From an uncultured Chloroflexia bacterium (GTDB taxonomy: Bacteria > Chloroflexota > Limnocylindria > Limnocylindrales > CSP1-4), in NCBI GenBank assembly GCA_963819655.1, contig CAWFXA010000001.1:128001-192000 (forward strand): a stretch of 64,000 bases of DNA, in the 5' to 3' direction. The notes beneath the pieces were generated by a model. That model made no database searches. It saw only the letters and a program-made list of their open reading frames with translations, and was not told the DNA's origin. Numbering within the stretch: the first letter of the stretch is position 1; every line of letters begins with the position of its first letter. This document shows positions 38,232-48,627 of this stretch, in pieces. The translations under genes were made by a program, and so were the position numbers.

Positions 38232-39019
38232 TGCGCGCCGCGATCGTCTGGACGGTCCTCCGGCGGGAGTGGTTCGAGACCGTCCGCAACCGGCTCCTGA
38301 TGTCGACGATCCTGGTGCCGCCGATCGCGCTGACGGTCGCGCCGATCGTTCTCGCGGCGGTCGTCGGCGAGCGCGAGCTGCCGCCCGAGTTGGCCAGCCA
38401 GGTCATCGCCCAGAGGCCGGAGTGGGCGAGCTTCACGCCGGGCGAGCTCGCGGGTGCGTTCGCGGTCCAGCAGTTCCTGGTGTTCTTCCTGCTCATGCCG
38501 GCGTACATCCCGCTGTCGATCGCGACGTTCTCGATCATCGGGGAGAAGCTGGCCCGCTCGCTGGAACCGGTGCTCGCCACGCCCATCCGGACCTCGGAAC
38601 TGCTGGCCGGCAAGGCGGTCGCGGCGTTGGTTCCGGGCGTGCTAGCCGGGTGGGCCACGTACGCGATCTTCGTTGCGCTCGCGTCGCTCCTGTACGGGCC
38701 GGCGCTGTTCGGCGTCGTCACCGACCTGTCGTGGCTGGCCGGGGTGTTCCTGCTCGGACCCGCGGTCGGGCTGTCGTCGGTCGTGGCCGGGGTGATCGTG
38801 AGCGCCCGGGTCAACGACCCGCGCGTCGCGCAGCAGATCGGCGGCATCGTGATCGTGCCCATCATCGGCCTCGTGATCGTCCAGGCGACCGGCATCCTCC
38901 TCGTCGGCCCGCTCGGATACCTGCTGCTGTCGGCCGTGGTGGTCGCGATCTCACTCGAGGGCCTTCGCGTCGGCGTGCGGCTGTTCGACCGAGAGTCGAT
39001 CCTGACCCGGTGGCGCTGA
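38231..39019 (+). CDS. ABC-2 type permease
   Basis: SIIGEKLARSLEPVLATP, ELLAGK; multiple TM segments. Confidence 0.9.
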   Translation: MRAAIVWTVLRREWFETVRNRLLMSTILVPPIALTVAPIVLAAVVGERELPPELASQVIAQRPEWASFTPGELAGAFAVQQFLVFFLLMPAYIPLSIATFSIIGEKLARSLEPVLATPIRTSELLAGKAVAALVPGVLAGWATYAIFVALASLLYGPALFGVVTDLSWLAGVFLLGPAVGLSSVVAGVIVSARVNDPRVAQQIGGIVIVPIIGLVIVQATGILLVGPLGYLLLSAVVVAISLEGLRVGVRLFDRESILTRWR

Positions 39020-39122
39020 GGAAACGCTTCAGCCGCGCGGGCGGTTCTGGTCGGTTAGATGCCGTCCGACCAGGTCGAAACTTGACATACCGGGGTAGGC
39101 CAACGCCACCTATGATGCCGCG

Positions 39123-40046
39123 ATGACCGACCGCTCCTCGCAGATCGACTGGGTGATCTTCCTCCTGCTCGGGTTCTTCTGGGGATCGAGCTACCTCTTC
39201 ATCAAGCTCGCGGTCGACGACTTCGGGACGTTCACGCTGGTCGCGCTTCGCCTCATCGTCGGGGCGATCCTCCTGTGGCTCGTCATACGGGTCGCGGGGC
39301 AGCGGCTGCCGCGCGAGCGGCGCATCTACGGCCACCTCGTGGTGATGAGCATCGTCAACATCACGATCCCGTTCCTGCTCATCACCTGGGCAGAGCGATC
39401 GGTGGAGTCGTCGCTGGCTGCGATCCTGACGTCGCCGGTCCCGCTGTTCGCCATCGTGCTGTCAGCGATCTTCCTGCCGGACGAGCCGATGCGCGTCAAC
39501 GGGCTGGTGGGTCTCGTGGTCGGGTTCATCGGTGTCGTGATCATCACCAGTCGCGGGCTGACGGGTGCGGGGTCGTCGGTGATCGGCGAGGTCGCCCTGC
39601 TCGGGGCCGCTCTCAGCTACGCGGCCGGAGCCGTGTATTCGCGGCGCAACGTCCGTGGGGTCCCACCGATGATCCCGGCCGTGTTCCAGGTGACCTTCGC
39701 GGCGGTGATCGTCGGCTTCTTTGCCATTCTCCTCGAACAACCCTGGACCGCGCGCCCGGACGCCCAGGCCGTGTTCTCGATCCTGTGGCTCGGCATCCTG
39801 GGCTCGGGTGTGGCCTACCTCTTCGTCTTCCGGCTGTTTGCTCACTGGGGCGCGACGCGGACGACGCTCGTCGCCTATCTCCTGCCGGTGGTCGGCATCG
39901 TGCTCGGCTACCTCGTGCTCGCCGAACCGGTCGATGCGCGGCTGATCCTCGGGACCGCCCTGGTCATCGCCGGGGTCGCGCTCGTCAACGGGCGCTGGGG
40001 ACGGCGTCGGCTATTCGCGTCGCCGCAGCCGGCCGAGCAGGGGTAG
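39123..40046 (+). CDS. EamA/DMT transporter
   Basis: FWGSSYLFIK, two EamA repeats, VAYLLPV. Confidence 0.9.
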   Translation: MTDRSSQIDWVIFLLLGFFWGSSYLFIKLAVDDFGTFTLVALRLIVGAILLWLVIRVAGQRLPRERRIYGHLVVMSIVNITIPFLLITWAERSVESSLAAILTSPVPLFAIVLSAIFLPDEPMRVNGLVGLVVGFIGVVIITSRGLTGAGSSVIGEVALLGAALSYAAGAVYSRRNVRGVPPMIPAVFQVTFAAVIVGFFAILLEQPWTARPDAQAVFSILWLGILGSGVAYLFVFRLFAHWGATRTTLVAYLLPVVGIVLGYLVLAEPVDARLILGTALVIAGVALVNGRWGRRRLFASPQPAEQG

Positions 40047-40077
40047 GGGCCGGGCCGCGGGCCGGGCCGGCGGCGTC

Positions 40078-40959
40078 CTACGACCCGCCCATCGCGAGCA
40101 ACACCGCCCCACCCACGATCAGGCCGGACGCACCCACCCGTAACAGCGTCTCGCCGCGGCTCGCCGCCTCGCCGAGCCGCACGGCCCCCCATGCTGCCGC
40201 GAACACCGATGCCGATTCCCGCAGCGGCGCCACAGCCGAGAGCGGTGCCACACTCAGGGCCCACAGGATCAGCAGGTACGCGACCAGCGTCAGCCAGCCG
40301 CCGATCGCCGCCCGCCGGACCTGATCGTGCCCGCCGGCGAACAACGCACCGCCGGACACGACCCGGTTCCACACGACGAGCACGATCGACGCAGTCACCC
40401 ATAGGATCGCCGCGTAGGGCAGCGGGTCGATCAGCCGCGTCCCGACCCGGTCGACGGCCGAGTAGGCCGCGATCGTGACCCCGGTCGCGAGCGCGAACGC
40501 GATCGATGGATCGAATGCGCGGTGGCCGCGAAGCACCCGCCAGGGCTGCTGCAGGAGCAGGAAACCCGCGAGCAGCGCCACGACGCCCAGCGAGCCGGCA
40601 ACCCCGAGGCGCTCACCCAGAAGCCCCACCCCGATCGCCACGGCGAGCAGCGGCGCTGTGCCGCGCGCGATCGGATACACGACTGACAGGTCGCCCCGTC
40701 GATAGGCCGCCGACAGCAGGACGAAGTAGCCGGCCTCGATCACGCCGGACGCGATGCCGAGCGCGACACCCTCGACTGGCAGGGGCGGCCGGCCGGCGAT
40801 CCACCAGGCAGCGATCCCCGCAGGCACGATGCCTAGCGACGCGGCCAGCATGCCGACGGTAGCCGCCCGCAAGGGATCGCCGGCGGTCTTGAGCCGGACG
40901 TTCCAGGCGACGTGGAGCAGGGCGCTGACCGCGACCAGCGCGATGACGAACGGGTCCAC
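40078..40959 (-). CDS. EamA/DMT transporter
   Basis: SALLHVAWN, GDLSVVYPIARG, APLRE. Confidence 0.9.
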   Translation of the reverse strand: MDPFVIALVAVSALLHVAWNVRLKTAGDPLRAATVGMLAASLGIVPAGIAAWWIAGRPPLPVEGVALGIASGVIEAGYFVLLSAAYRRGDLSVVYPIARGTAPLLAVAIGVGLLGERLGVAGSLGVVALLAGFLLLQQPWRVLRGHRAFDPSIAFALATGVTIAAYSAVDRVGTRLIDPLPYAAILWVTASIVLVVWNRVVSGGALFAGGHDQVRRAAIGGWLTLVAYLLILWALSVAPLSAVAPLRESASVFAAAWGAVRLGEAASRGETLLRVGASGLIVGGAVLLAMGGS

Positions 40960-40968
40960 GCCGGGACG

Positions 40969-42642
40969 TTAGCGGCCCACGTCCCTCCGGTGCAGACCCC
41001 ACGCGCCAACCAGCAGCCCGCCGATCGCGAGGATCGCCGCGACCATGATGCCGACGACGTCGTACGTCCCGGCCATCGGCTGGCCGAGGTGCTTGTAGAT
41101 CGACAGGTCCAGGACCGCATCCGGGAGATCCAGGGCGGCGCCCAACGTGTCGAGCACGAACGTCGCGATCACGACGGCCGCGGCGACGGGTGCCGCCAAC
41201 GACGACCGGACGAGGCCGCCCACGGCGAACCCGATACCGGCAAACCCGGCAGCGGCCAGACCGAGGATCGCCGAGCCCGCCACGGGTGCCACGATGTCGC
41301 CGCCCTGGGATGCGACGGCCGCGATCACGAAGAGCGCGAGCACGACGACGAACACGCCGATCCCTGCCATGACCCCGAGTCCGCTCTTGATCGCCCAGCG
41401 CGCGCGCGACACTGGCGTGGACAGGACGACATCGAGGCGGCGGTCGTTCTCGTCGCTCGCCCAGGCGGCAAGGAACGTGGCGCCCGCCAGCCCAGCCATC
41501 AAAGAGGCGAAGGCGAAGAACGCGAGCTGGAGGATGCCCGACGGCTGGCTCAGGTCGATGTCCGGGTAGATGATCCGGATGTACTCGATGATCCCGGGGG
41601 TCTGGTTCAGCACGTCGGTAAGTGCCGACGCCGACGACGCGATCAGCGCTGCGTAGAGGCCGACGCCACCACCCCAGCCGAGCGCGGCCGGAGCGAGATC
41701 GGAGAGCAATCGGGCGAACGGCCCGCTCGTCCCGCGCGGGAGGCCCGGGATGCGCAGCCAGCGGAGCGGTGCGAAGGCACCGATGTCGCGCCGTTCGAAG
41801 GCCGCGACGCCGATCGCCAGCAGGGCGACGACCACGAGCGCGAGCAGCCCCACTGACGGCCAGTCGGTGACACCGGCGATCGGCCGATGACCGGCCGTCC
41901 AGGCGTACCAGGAGATCGGACTGATGGCCTCGAGGGTCGGCGACAGGATCGAATAGGACGAGATGACGTACATCCCGAACAGGGCGAGGATGCCGACGCC
42001 CGCCGCGCGGGAGCGGCCGAGCGCCGGGGCGACGGCGAAGGCGATCGACCCAGACGCCAGCATCAGCAGGCCGTACAGGGTGACCTGGCCGAGCGCCGCG
42101 TCGAACGGGATCTCATCGCCCGGCAGCGTCGCGAAGACCTGGCCGGCGACGTACAGCAGCACCGCGGCGATGAGCATCGCCACCACGAGGGCCACGATGT
42201 GACCGGCCAGCTTCTGGAGAGCGATCGTGCGCCGCGCATGGGGAGTCGACACGAGCAGGTCGAGGCTGCCCTTGGCCGCCTCACCGGCGAGCGTTCCCGA
42301 CAGCGCGAGCACGGACCACAGGCCAAGCAGGACCGGTAGGACGTTCCCGACGCGCCAGGAGATGAAACCCCCGAGCGTCTCCAGGTTGATCGGTTCGCCC
42401 AACAAGCCACGGAAGACGGCCGGCAGCGCCGTCATCGACGTCACGAGCAGGCGGCGCTTCTCGGGCGTGTCGAATTCGGCAGCGACCGGGGCGGCCGTCG
42501 CGAGCATGAACAGCCCGCCCAGCATCCCCACGACCAACGCGGCACGCCGGCTGTCGCGCAGCGACTTCGCGAAGACCGAGGACAGGCCGATGACCCGCGA
42601 CCAGGGCCTCGGGCGAACGAGGATAGCGGTGCTAGCGCCCAT
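40969..42642 (-). CDS. ABC-2 type permease (duplicated membrane domain)
   Basis: AGEAAKGSLDLLVSTP and DENDRRLDVVLSTP; FERRDI / HRRDV ends. Confidence 0.88.
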   Translation of the reverse strand: MGASTAILVRPRPWSRVIGLSSVFAKSLRDSRRAALVVGMLGGLFMLATAAPVAAEFDTPEKRRLLVTSMTALPAVFRGLLGEPINLETLGGFISWRVGNVLPVLLGLWSVLALSGTLAGEAAKGSLDLLVSTPHARRTIALQKLAGHIVALVVAMLIAAVLLYVAGQVFATLPGDEIPFDAALGQVTLYGLLMLASGSIAFAVAPALGRSRAAGVGILALFGMYVISSYSILSPTLEAISPISWYAWTAGHRPIAGVTDWPSVGLLALVVVALLAIGVAAFERRDIGAFAPLRWLRIPGLPRGTSGPFARLLSDLAPAALGWGGGVGLYAALIASSASALTDVLNQTPGIIEYIRIIYPDIDLSQPSGILQLAFFAFASLMAGLAGATFLAAWASDENDRRLDVVLSTPVSRARWAIKSGLGVMAGIGVFVVVLALFVIAAVASQGGDIVAPVAGSAILGLAAAGFAGIGFAVGGLVRSSLAAPVAAAVVIATFVLDTLGAALDLPDAVLDLSIYKHLGQPMAGTYDVVGIMVAAILAIGGLLVGAWGLHRRDVGR

Positions 42643-43558
42643 CGGCGTCGACCCCCGCCGCGACTGGGCTTCCATGGGTGCCGTATTGGGCGAGGAAGAC
42701 ATCCTCGAGGTTCGGCTCGCGGCTGACCACGTCGACGAGGCCGTGCTGAGCCGCCAGCACGATCACCTTGCCGATCGGGCCGTTGACCCGCATGCGCAGG
42801 ACGTCACCGTCGGCTTCGACGTCGCTTACCCCGTCGATCGACGAGAACACGCTCGGCGACACCGGCTGCGCGAACGTCAGCTCGACGTGATGGAAGGCAA
42901 GCTGGCGGATCGTCTCGATCCGGTCGACCTGGACCAGGCGCCCCTCGCGGATGATGGCCACGCGGTCACATGTGCGATCGACCTCGTCGATGATGTGCGA
43001 GCTCAGGAAGACGCTCCGCCCCTCGGTCTTCGCCTCTCGCATGATCTCGAAGAACGTCTGCTGGATGAGCGGATCGAGCCCGGCCGTCGGCTCGTCCAGG
43101 ATCATCAGGTCGGGTTTGTGCTGCAGCGCGACGACCAGGCCGACCTTCTGCTTGTTCCCCTTCGAATACTCCTTGTAGCGCCGGCTGGGATCGAGGTCGA
43201 GCCGCTCGACCAGCTCGGCTACATAAACCTCGTCGACCCCGCCGCGCAGGTTGGCGAAGTACGTGATCGTGTCGGCGCCGGTCAGTCGGTCATACAGGTC
43301 GAACTCGCCGGGCAGGTAGCCGACGCGTCGGTGGATCGCGACGGGATCCTTGGTCGTCTCGATACCGAAGACCTCGGCGCGCCCCGCGGTGGGCCGGATG
43401 AGGTCGAGCAGGACGCGCATGGTCGTTGTCTTCCCGGCGCCGTTCGGGCCGAGGAAACCGAAGATCTCGCCCGCCTCGACATCGAGGTCGACCTCGGTGA
43501 TCCCGCGATGGATCCCATAGGTCTTGGTGAGCTGTTCCGTGTGGATGACCGAGGTCAT
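42632..43558 (-). CDS. ABC transporter ATP-binding protein
   Basis: ATG 43558; GPNGAGKTT, YSKGNKQK, LDEPTAGLDP. Confidence 0.93.
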   Translation of the reverse strand: MTSVIHTEQLTKTYGIHRGITEVDLDVEAGEIFGFLGPNGAGKTTTMRVLLDLIRPTAGRAEVFGIETTKDPVAIHRRVGYLPGEFDLYDRLTGADTITYFANLRGGVDEVYVAELVERLDLDPSRRYKEYSKGNKQKVGLVVALQHKPDLMILDEPTAGLDPLIQQTFFEIMREAKTEGRSVFLSSHIIDEVDRTCDRVAIIREGRLVQVDRIETIRQLAFHHVELTFAQPVSPSVFSSIDGVSDVEADGDVLRMRVNGPIGKVIVLAAQHGLVDVVSREPNLEDVFLAQYGTHGSPVAAGVDADGR

Positions 43559-44037
43559 GCTGGTTCCTTCCTGCCGGTCGGTTCGGCACGGTCGCTGAGG
43601 AAGCGGCCCACGACGGTGGGGACCTCCTGCTCCACGAAGGCAAAGACGTCGCGCAGTTCTTCGAGCCGGCGGCGCGACGCCGGCGGGCGGTCGGCGATCG
43701 CATCGAGACCGTGTTCCGCGATCTCGCGAAAGTGGCGGTAGATGCGGCCGGCATTTGCCAGTAATGAGTCGAGGGCTTCGGGCGGGGCGCTGAAGTACTC
43801 GCGCCGGTCGCCACGTCGCGTGCTCCGTCGGATCATGCCGGCGGTCGTCAGCATCCGAGCCGTTCCGCTGATCGCGCCACGGCTCGCCTGGAGCGCCTCG
43901 GCCAGGTCGGCCGCGGTCTGCTCGGGCGGCTCGCAGATGAGCAACCAGCCCCACATCCGGCCCGCCATCGGCGTCATGCCGTACGTTGCCAGGGCCTGGC
44001 CCATCTCTTCGACGAACGCGCTTTCGCCCTCGGTCAT
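43555..44037 (-). CDS. GbsR/MarR-family transcriptional regulator
   Basis: FVEEMG, GMTPMAGRMWGWLL, LQASRGAIS, GDRREYF. Confidence 0.88.
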   Translation of the reverse strand: MTEGESAFVEEMGQALATYGMTPMAGRMWGWLLICEPPEQTAADLAEALQASRGAISGTARMLTTAGMIRRSTRRGDRREYFSAPPEALDSLLANAGRIYRHFREIAEHGLDAIADRPPASRRRLEELRDVFAFVEQEVPTVVGRFLSDRAEPTGRKEPA

Positions 44038-44064
44038 TGGCTAAATGGTCGTTCATTCCGAACT

Positions 44065-44080
44065 TTCAGTCAATGCTGAA
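44065..44080 (-). promoter_or_regulatory. Putative operator of the GbsR-like regulator
   Basis: TTCAG-tcaatg-CTGAA inverted repeat in an AT-rich patch just upstream of the regulator. Confidence 0.55.
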
Positions 44081-44397
44081 TGTTGGGAATTGAGCGGTTG
44101 TTGAGGGTGGGGTGGGCCCGGCGGCCGGCCTCCCCGCCCTGCCACCCGCCTCGCATGGGACGAGACGGTCAAATACTCGTCCCCGGAGTGTTAGGCGCAC
44201 ACCTGCCGCGAAACCGGTCGTTCGGGGCCTGTCCGGACGTCCAACGGTGCCGGGCCGTGCACGAGGCGTGACCCCGATCCGTCGGCGAGGTCCTGTCAGC
44301 CCGCCGAAGACTCCCCCGGCGAGGGTTTGGCGGAAAGAGGGGGTCCCCCTTGGCGCGAACCGGGGTCTTCGTGGGCCGGGGTCGCGGGAGGCGACCC

Positions 44398-45588
44398 TCA
44401 GTCCCAACCGGGCGCGTGCCGCACGCCGCCTCCCTCGCCGATGAACGGCAACCGCCGACCGATCAACCCGACGGCGATCGCCGTCGTCACTGGCACGGCG
44501 GCGACGATCCCGATGCTCCCCACGAGCGCCCGCACGACCTCGACCGCCACGACCTCACCCGACAGGATGAGGAACGGATCCTGGCCACCCGCGGCGAACA
44601 GGACGATGAGCGGCAGGGAGGCCCCGACGTATGCGAGCACCAGCGTGTTGACGGTCGCCGCGATGTGGGATCGACCCACATTCATCGAGCGCGCCGCCAG
44701 CTCCAGACGTCCTGCCCGCGGATCCGACTCGTACAGCTCCTGGACGGTCGCCGCCTGGGTCACCGTCACGTCGTCTAGCACGCCCAGAGCACCGAAGATC
44801 ACGGCCGCCAGGACGAGGCCCCCGAGGTCGAGCTGGGTGCCGCCCATCGACACGAGGAAGCCCGCGGACTCCGAGCCGCGCAACGGCGTGAACCGGGACA
44901 ACGTGTCGAACAGCGAGGCGAGCACCGCGACCAGTGTCAATGAGATCGCAGTCCCGATCACCGCGGCGACCGTCTGCCGTCGCGCGCCCTCGGTCAGCAG
45001 GAACGTCGCGATCGTCACGCCGGTCGCCGCCAGGATCGCGACCCAGGCGGGGTCCCACCCGGCGAGGATGAGCGGCACCACGACCTTGACGATGACCGCA
45101 AGCGTGAGCGCGAGCGCGATCAACGAGCGCACCCCCCGCCAGCCGCCGACGAGGGTCACCGCGAGCGCGAACAGCACGAGCAGCATGGCCAGCGTGGGCA
45201 CGCGATAGCGGTCGTTGACGGCCACGAAGCCCGCTTCCGGGTCGGTCGAGATGTTGACGATGACCTCGTCGCCGACGTCGAACTCGGGTCGTGCTTCGAG
45301 GCCGTTCGGCCCCTGCAGGAAGCCCTCGACGATGTCGCCCCGTTGCGGTCCGCCCGTGATGCCGTCGAGGACCTCGATCCGGACGTCCGGGGTGCCCGGA
45401 TCCGTGGTCGGGATGAGCTCGACGATGCGGCCATGGACGAGCTGGACCGGCGGAAGGCCCGACGGGCGCGGCGCGATGTCCGGCACGAGGACGAACAGGG
45501 CGATGACGATGAGGATGCCCGCCGCCAGGGCTACGGCGTTGCGCCGCAGACCCGCGAACGGGACCTCGTCCGGATCCCGCGCCGTCAC
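44398..45588 (-). CDS. YibE/F family membrane protein
   Basis: GALGVLDDVTVTQ, GRSHIAATVNTLVLAYVGASLP, AVPVTT. Confidence 0.9.
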   Translation of the reverse strand: MTARDPDEVPFAGLRRNAVALAAGILIVIALFVLVPDIAPRPSGLPPVQLVHGRIVELIPTTDPGTPDVRIEVLDGITGGPQRGDIVEGFLQGPNGLEARPEFDVGDEVIVNISTDPEAGFVAVNDRYRVPTLAMLLVLFALAVTLVGGWRGVRSLIALALTLAVIVKVVVPLILAGWDPAWVAILAATGVTIATFLLTEGARRQTVAAVIGTAISLTLVAVLASLFDTLSRFTPLRGSESAGFLVSMGGTQLDLGGLVLAAVIFGALGVLDDVTVTQAATVQELYESDPRAGRLELAARSMNVGRSHIAATVNTLVLAYVGASLPLIVLFAAGGQDPFLILSGEVVAVEVVRALVGSIGIVAAVPVTTAIAVGLIGRRLPFIGEGGGVRHAPGWD

Positions 45589-45598
45589 AGACCTCGCG

Positions 45599-46114
45599 TC
45601 ATGCGGCAGGCGGTTGGTGCTCGGCCCGTTCTGCCCGCTCCTTCAGCGCGCGCAGGTGCGCCTCGACGCGCGTCTCCAGCGACCGCCGGCCGAGACGGAC
45701 GAGGATGTCGGTCCAGCGGTCGATCGGCTCGAATGTCGCGCCGTGGATAACGCGCGTCCCCCCGGCGATCGGCTCCAGCCGCCACGACCACTCGCTCTCG
45801 AAGCCGGAGCCCGTGACGCGCAGCCGGAAGATCGATTCGGGGCGAGCCTCGAGGCTCTCGACACGCGCAACCTCACGGAGAAGTCCCAGTCGCGTCCGAG
45901 CGGTCCGTGTCGCCGCCGCCGCGGGCCATGATGGCGCCGCGGGTCCGAGCCGGAGCTCCGGGAACAGCATCGCCGATGCCGACGGGTCGTGGAGCGAGGC
46001 CCACACGACGCGCGGTGAAGCCTGGACGAACACGCGGCGCTCCACGAGCCGGCCACCACGCAGGTGGTCGCCGGCACGGCGATAGCCGACCTCGGGGTCA
46101 GGACGAACGGCCAT
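45599..46114 (-). CDS. SRPBCC family protein
   Basis: VFVQASPRVVWASL...WRLEPIAGGTRV...LRALKERAE; start uncertain. Confidence 0.7.
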   Translation of the reverse strand: MAVRPDPEVGYRRAGDHLRGGRLVERRVFVQASPRVVWASLHDPSASAMLFPELRLGPAAPSWPAAAATRTARTRLGLLREVARVESLEARPESIFRLRVTGSGFESEWSWRLEPIAGGTRVIHGATFEPIDRWTDILVRLGRRSLETRVEAHLRALKERAERAEHQPPAA

Positions 46115-46119
46115 CGGTC

Positions 46120-47070
46120 TCAGACGCCGATCGGGTGCCAGACCGTCTTCATCTCGAGGAAGGCGGCGATCCATTCGGGGCGTTCGGTGGCTCGATCGTC
46201 CAGCCAGTCGAAACGCGCCTCATTCACGCTCGAGTGACGTCGCGACAGGCGCTTGATGTCGTCCGCTGCGAGCTGCTCGGTCTCGAGTCGCATGTCGTCC
46301 GGCACGCCCCACGTGTCGAGCGCATCGACATCGACATGGCCCGCCAGGACCGGCACGAGCTCCTTCCGGCGGCCGGTCAGGATGTTCACGACACCACCGG
46401 GCACGTCCGACGTGGCGAGCACCTCACTGAGCGTGATGGCCGGCAAGGGGCGAGCTTCGGACGTCAGCAGCACGACGGCGTTGCCCGAGACGAGCGGCGG
46501 CGCGAGACGGCTCACGAGCCCGAGCAAGGACGACGTCTCCGGGGCGACGACACCGACGACGCCCGTCGGCTCCGGGATCGTGAAGTTGAAGTACGGCGCC
46601 GCGACCGGGTTGGCCGAGCCCAGGATCTGCGTGATCTTGTCGGCCCAGCCGGCATACCAGACCCAGCGGTCGATCGCGCGATCGACGACCTCGACGGCAC
46701 GCGCGTCGCGCAAAGCCTCGGCCGCGGCCACCTCGGCGACGAACTGATCGCGCCTCCCCTCCATGAGCTCGGCGACGCGATACAGGACCTGGCCGCGGTT
46801 CATCGCGGTCTTCCCGGCCCAGCCCGGGAACGCAGTGCGGGCCGCCCGGACCGCGTCGCGCACGTCCTTGCGCGACGAGCGGACGGCATTCGCGAGGGGC
46901 GTTCCGTCGGCCGCCGACACGAGGTACGAGCGGCCGCTCTCGCTGCGCGGGAACGCGCCGCCGATGTACAGCTTGTACGTCTTGCGCACACCGATCCGCG
47001 GCCCGGCACCGTTGGCGGACGCGCCATTGCGCGACGTCCCGTTGCCCGAGCCGTTGCGGCCTGCGGCCAT
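46120..47070 (-). CDS. Aldehyde dehydrogenase-like protein, Rossmann-only partner subunit
   Basis: KTYKLYIGGAFPRSESGR, WYAGWADK, EPTGVVG, FLEMKTVWHPIG; no ELGG or catalytic Cys region. Confidence 0.85.
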   Translation of the reverse strand: MAAGRNGSGNGTSRNGASANGAGPRIGVRKTYKLYIGGAFPRSESGRSYLVSAADGTPLANAVRSSRKDVRDAVRAARTAFPGWAGKTAMNRGQVLYRVAELMEGRRDQFVAEVAAAEALRDARAVEVVDRAIDRWVWYAGWADKITQILGSANPVAAPYFNFTIPEPTGVVGVVAPETSSLLGLVSRLAPPLVSGNAVVLLTSEARPLPAITLSEVLATSDVPGGVVNILTGRRKELVPVLAGHVDVDALDTWGVPDDMRLETEQLAADDIKRLSRRHSSVNEARFDWLDDRATERPEWIAAFLEMKTVWHPIGV

Positions 47071-48593
47071 CAGCGGTCCTCCAGGCGAACGTATGCGTGC
47101 AGCCCGTGCATGCCGCCCTCGCGTCCGAAACCCAATTCCTTGTAGCCGCCGAACGGCGACGTCGGGTCGAATTTGTTGAACGTGTTGGCCCACACGACGC
47201 CCGCCTGCATCCGCGAGACCATCTCGAGGATGCGCGAGCCCTTGTCCGTCCAGACGCCGGCCGACAGGCCGTACGGCGTGTTGTTCGCCTTCTCGACGGC
47301 CTCATCGGGCGTCCGGAACGTCAGGACCGAGAGAACGGGCCCGAAGATCTCCTCGCGGGCGATGCGGTGGCTCTGGGCGACGTTCGTGAACAGCGTGGGG
47401 CGGAAGAAGTAGCCGCGCTCGGGCAGGTCGCACGCTGGCTGGTAGAGGTCGGCGCCCTCGGCGACGCCGGACGCGACGAGCTCGGTGATCTTCTCGAGCT
47501 GCGCCTTCGAGTTGATCGCGCCGACGTCGGTGTTCTTGTCGAGCGGGTCGCCCACGCGAATCGTCGACAGCCGGTCCTTGAGCTTGTCGACCAGCGTGTC
47601 CGCGATCGATTCCTGGACGAGCAGCCGCGATCCCGCGCAGCACACCTCGCCCTGGTTGAAATAGATGCCGTTCACGATGCCCTCGACGGCCTGGTCGAGC
47701 GGGGCGTCGTCGAACACGATGTTGGCGGCCTTGCCGCCGAGCTCGAGCGTCAGCGCCTTGTCTGAGCCGGCCACGCCGCGGCCGATCTTCTTGCCGATCT
47801 CGGTCGAGCCGGTGAAAGCCACCTTGTCGACGTCGGCGTGCGTGGCCAGGTGCATCCCGATCTCGCCCGGGCCCGTGATGATGTTGACGGTGCCCGGCGG
47901 CAGGTCGGCCTGGAGACAGACATCCGCGAACAGCATCGCCGAGAGGGGCGTCGTGGACGCGGGCTTGAGGACGACCGTGTTGCCGGCGGCCAGGGCCGGT
48001 GCGATCTTCCAGGCCAGCATCAACAGCGGGAAGTTCCACGGGATGATCTGCGCGGCCACTCCGAGCGGCTTCGCGACGCGGCCGGGGAACGCGTAGTCGA
48101 GCTTGTCCGCCCAGCCCGCGTAATACCAGAAATGGTTGGCGGCCAGCGGCACGTCGACGTCGCGGCTCTCCTTGATCGGCTTGCCCGAGTCCATCGATTC
48201 GAGGACCGCGAACTCGCGCGAGCGCTCCTGGAGGATCCGCGAGATGCGGAACAGGTATTTGGCGCGCTCCCGGCCCGACAGCTGGCCCCAGGACCGGCGC
48301 TGGGCGCGGCGGGCGGCGCGAACGGCCTTGTCGACATCGACCGCGCTGGCGCGCGCGACCTCGGCCAGGGGTCGCTCGGTCGACGGGTCGATGGAGACGA
48401 ACGTCTCGCCGCCCGTGGCCGGGACGGACCGCCCGTTGATGAACAGGCCGTAGCGCTCCTTGAGCGTGACGATGTCGCGCGCCTCGGGGGCTGGCGCGTA
48501 GTCCCAGGGGATCGCCTGGCCGTCCCCGAAGCCCCAGCTGTTCGGGCGCTGGTCGGGAGCGGGAACGACGCTCGTGCTGCTGCGCTCGGCCAT
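47070..48593 (-). CDS. Aldehyde dehydrogenase (catalytic subunit)
   Basis: IIPWNFP, FTGSTEIG, LELGGK, NQGEVCCAG, EEIFGPV, PFGGYKE. Confidence 0.93.
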   Translation of the reverse strand: MAERSSTSVVPAPDQRPNSWGFGDGQAIPWDYAPAPEARDIVTLKERYGLFINGRSVPATGGETFVSIDPSTERPLAEVARASAVDVDKAVRAARRAQRRSWGQLSGRERAKYLFRISRILQERSREFAVLESMDSGKPIKESRDVDVPLAANHFWYYAGWADKLDYAFPGRVAKPLGVAAQIIPWNFPLLMLAWKIAPALAAGNTVVLKPASTTPLSAMLFADVCLQADLPPGTVNIITGPGEIGMHLATHADVDKVAFTGSTEIGKKIGRGVAGSDKALTLELGGKAANIVFDDAPLDQAVEGIVNGIYFNQGEVCCAGSRLLVQESIADTLVDKLKDRLSTIRVGDPLDKNTDVGAINSKAQLEKITELVASGVAEGADLYQPACDLPERGYFFRPTLFTNVAQSHRIAREEIFGPVLSVLTFRTPDEAVEKANNTPYGLSAGVWTDKGSRILEMVSRMQAGVVWANTFNKFDPTSPFGGYKELGFGREGGMHGLHAYVRLEDR

Positions 48594-48627
48594 GCTCGGC
48601 ATTATGTCACCGCCTGCGGCACGCCCC

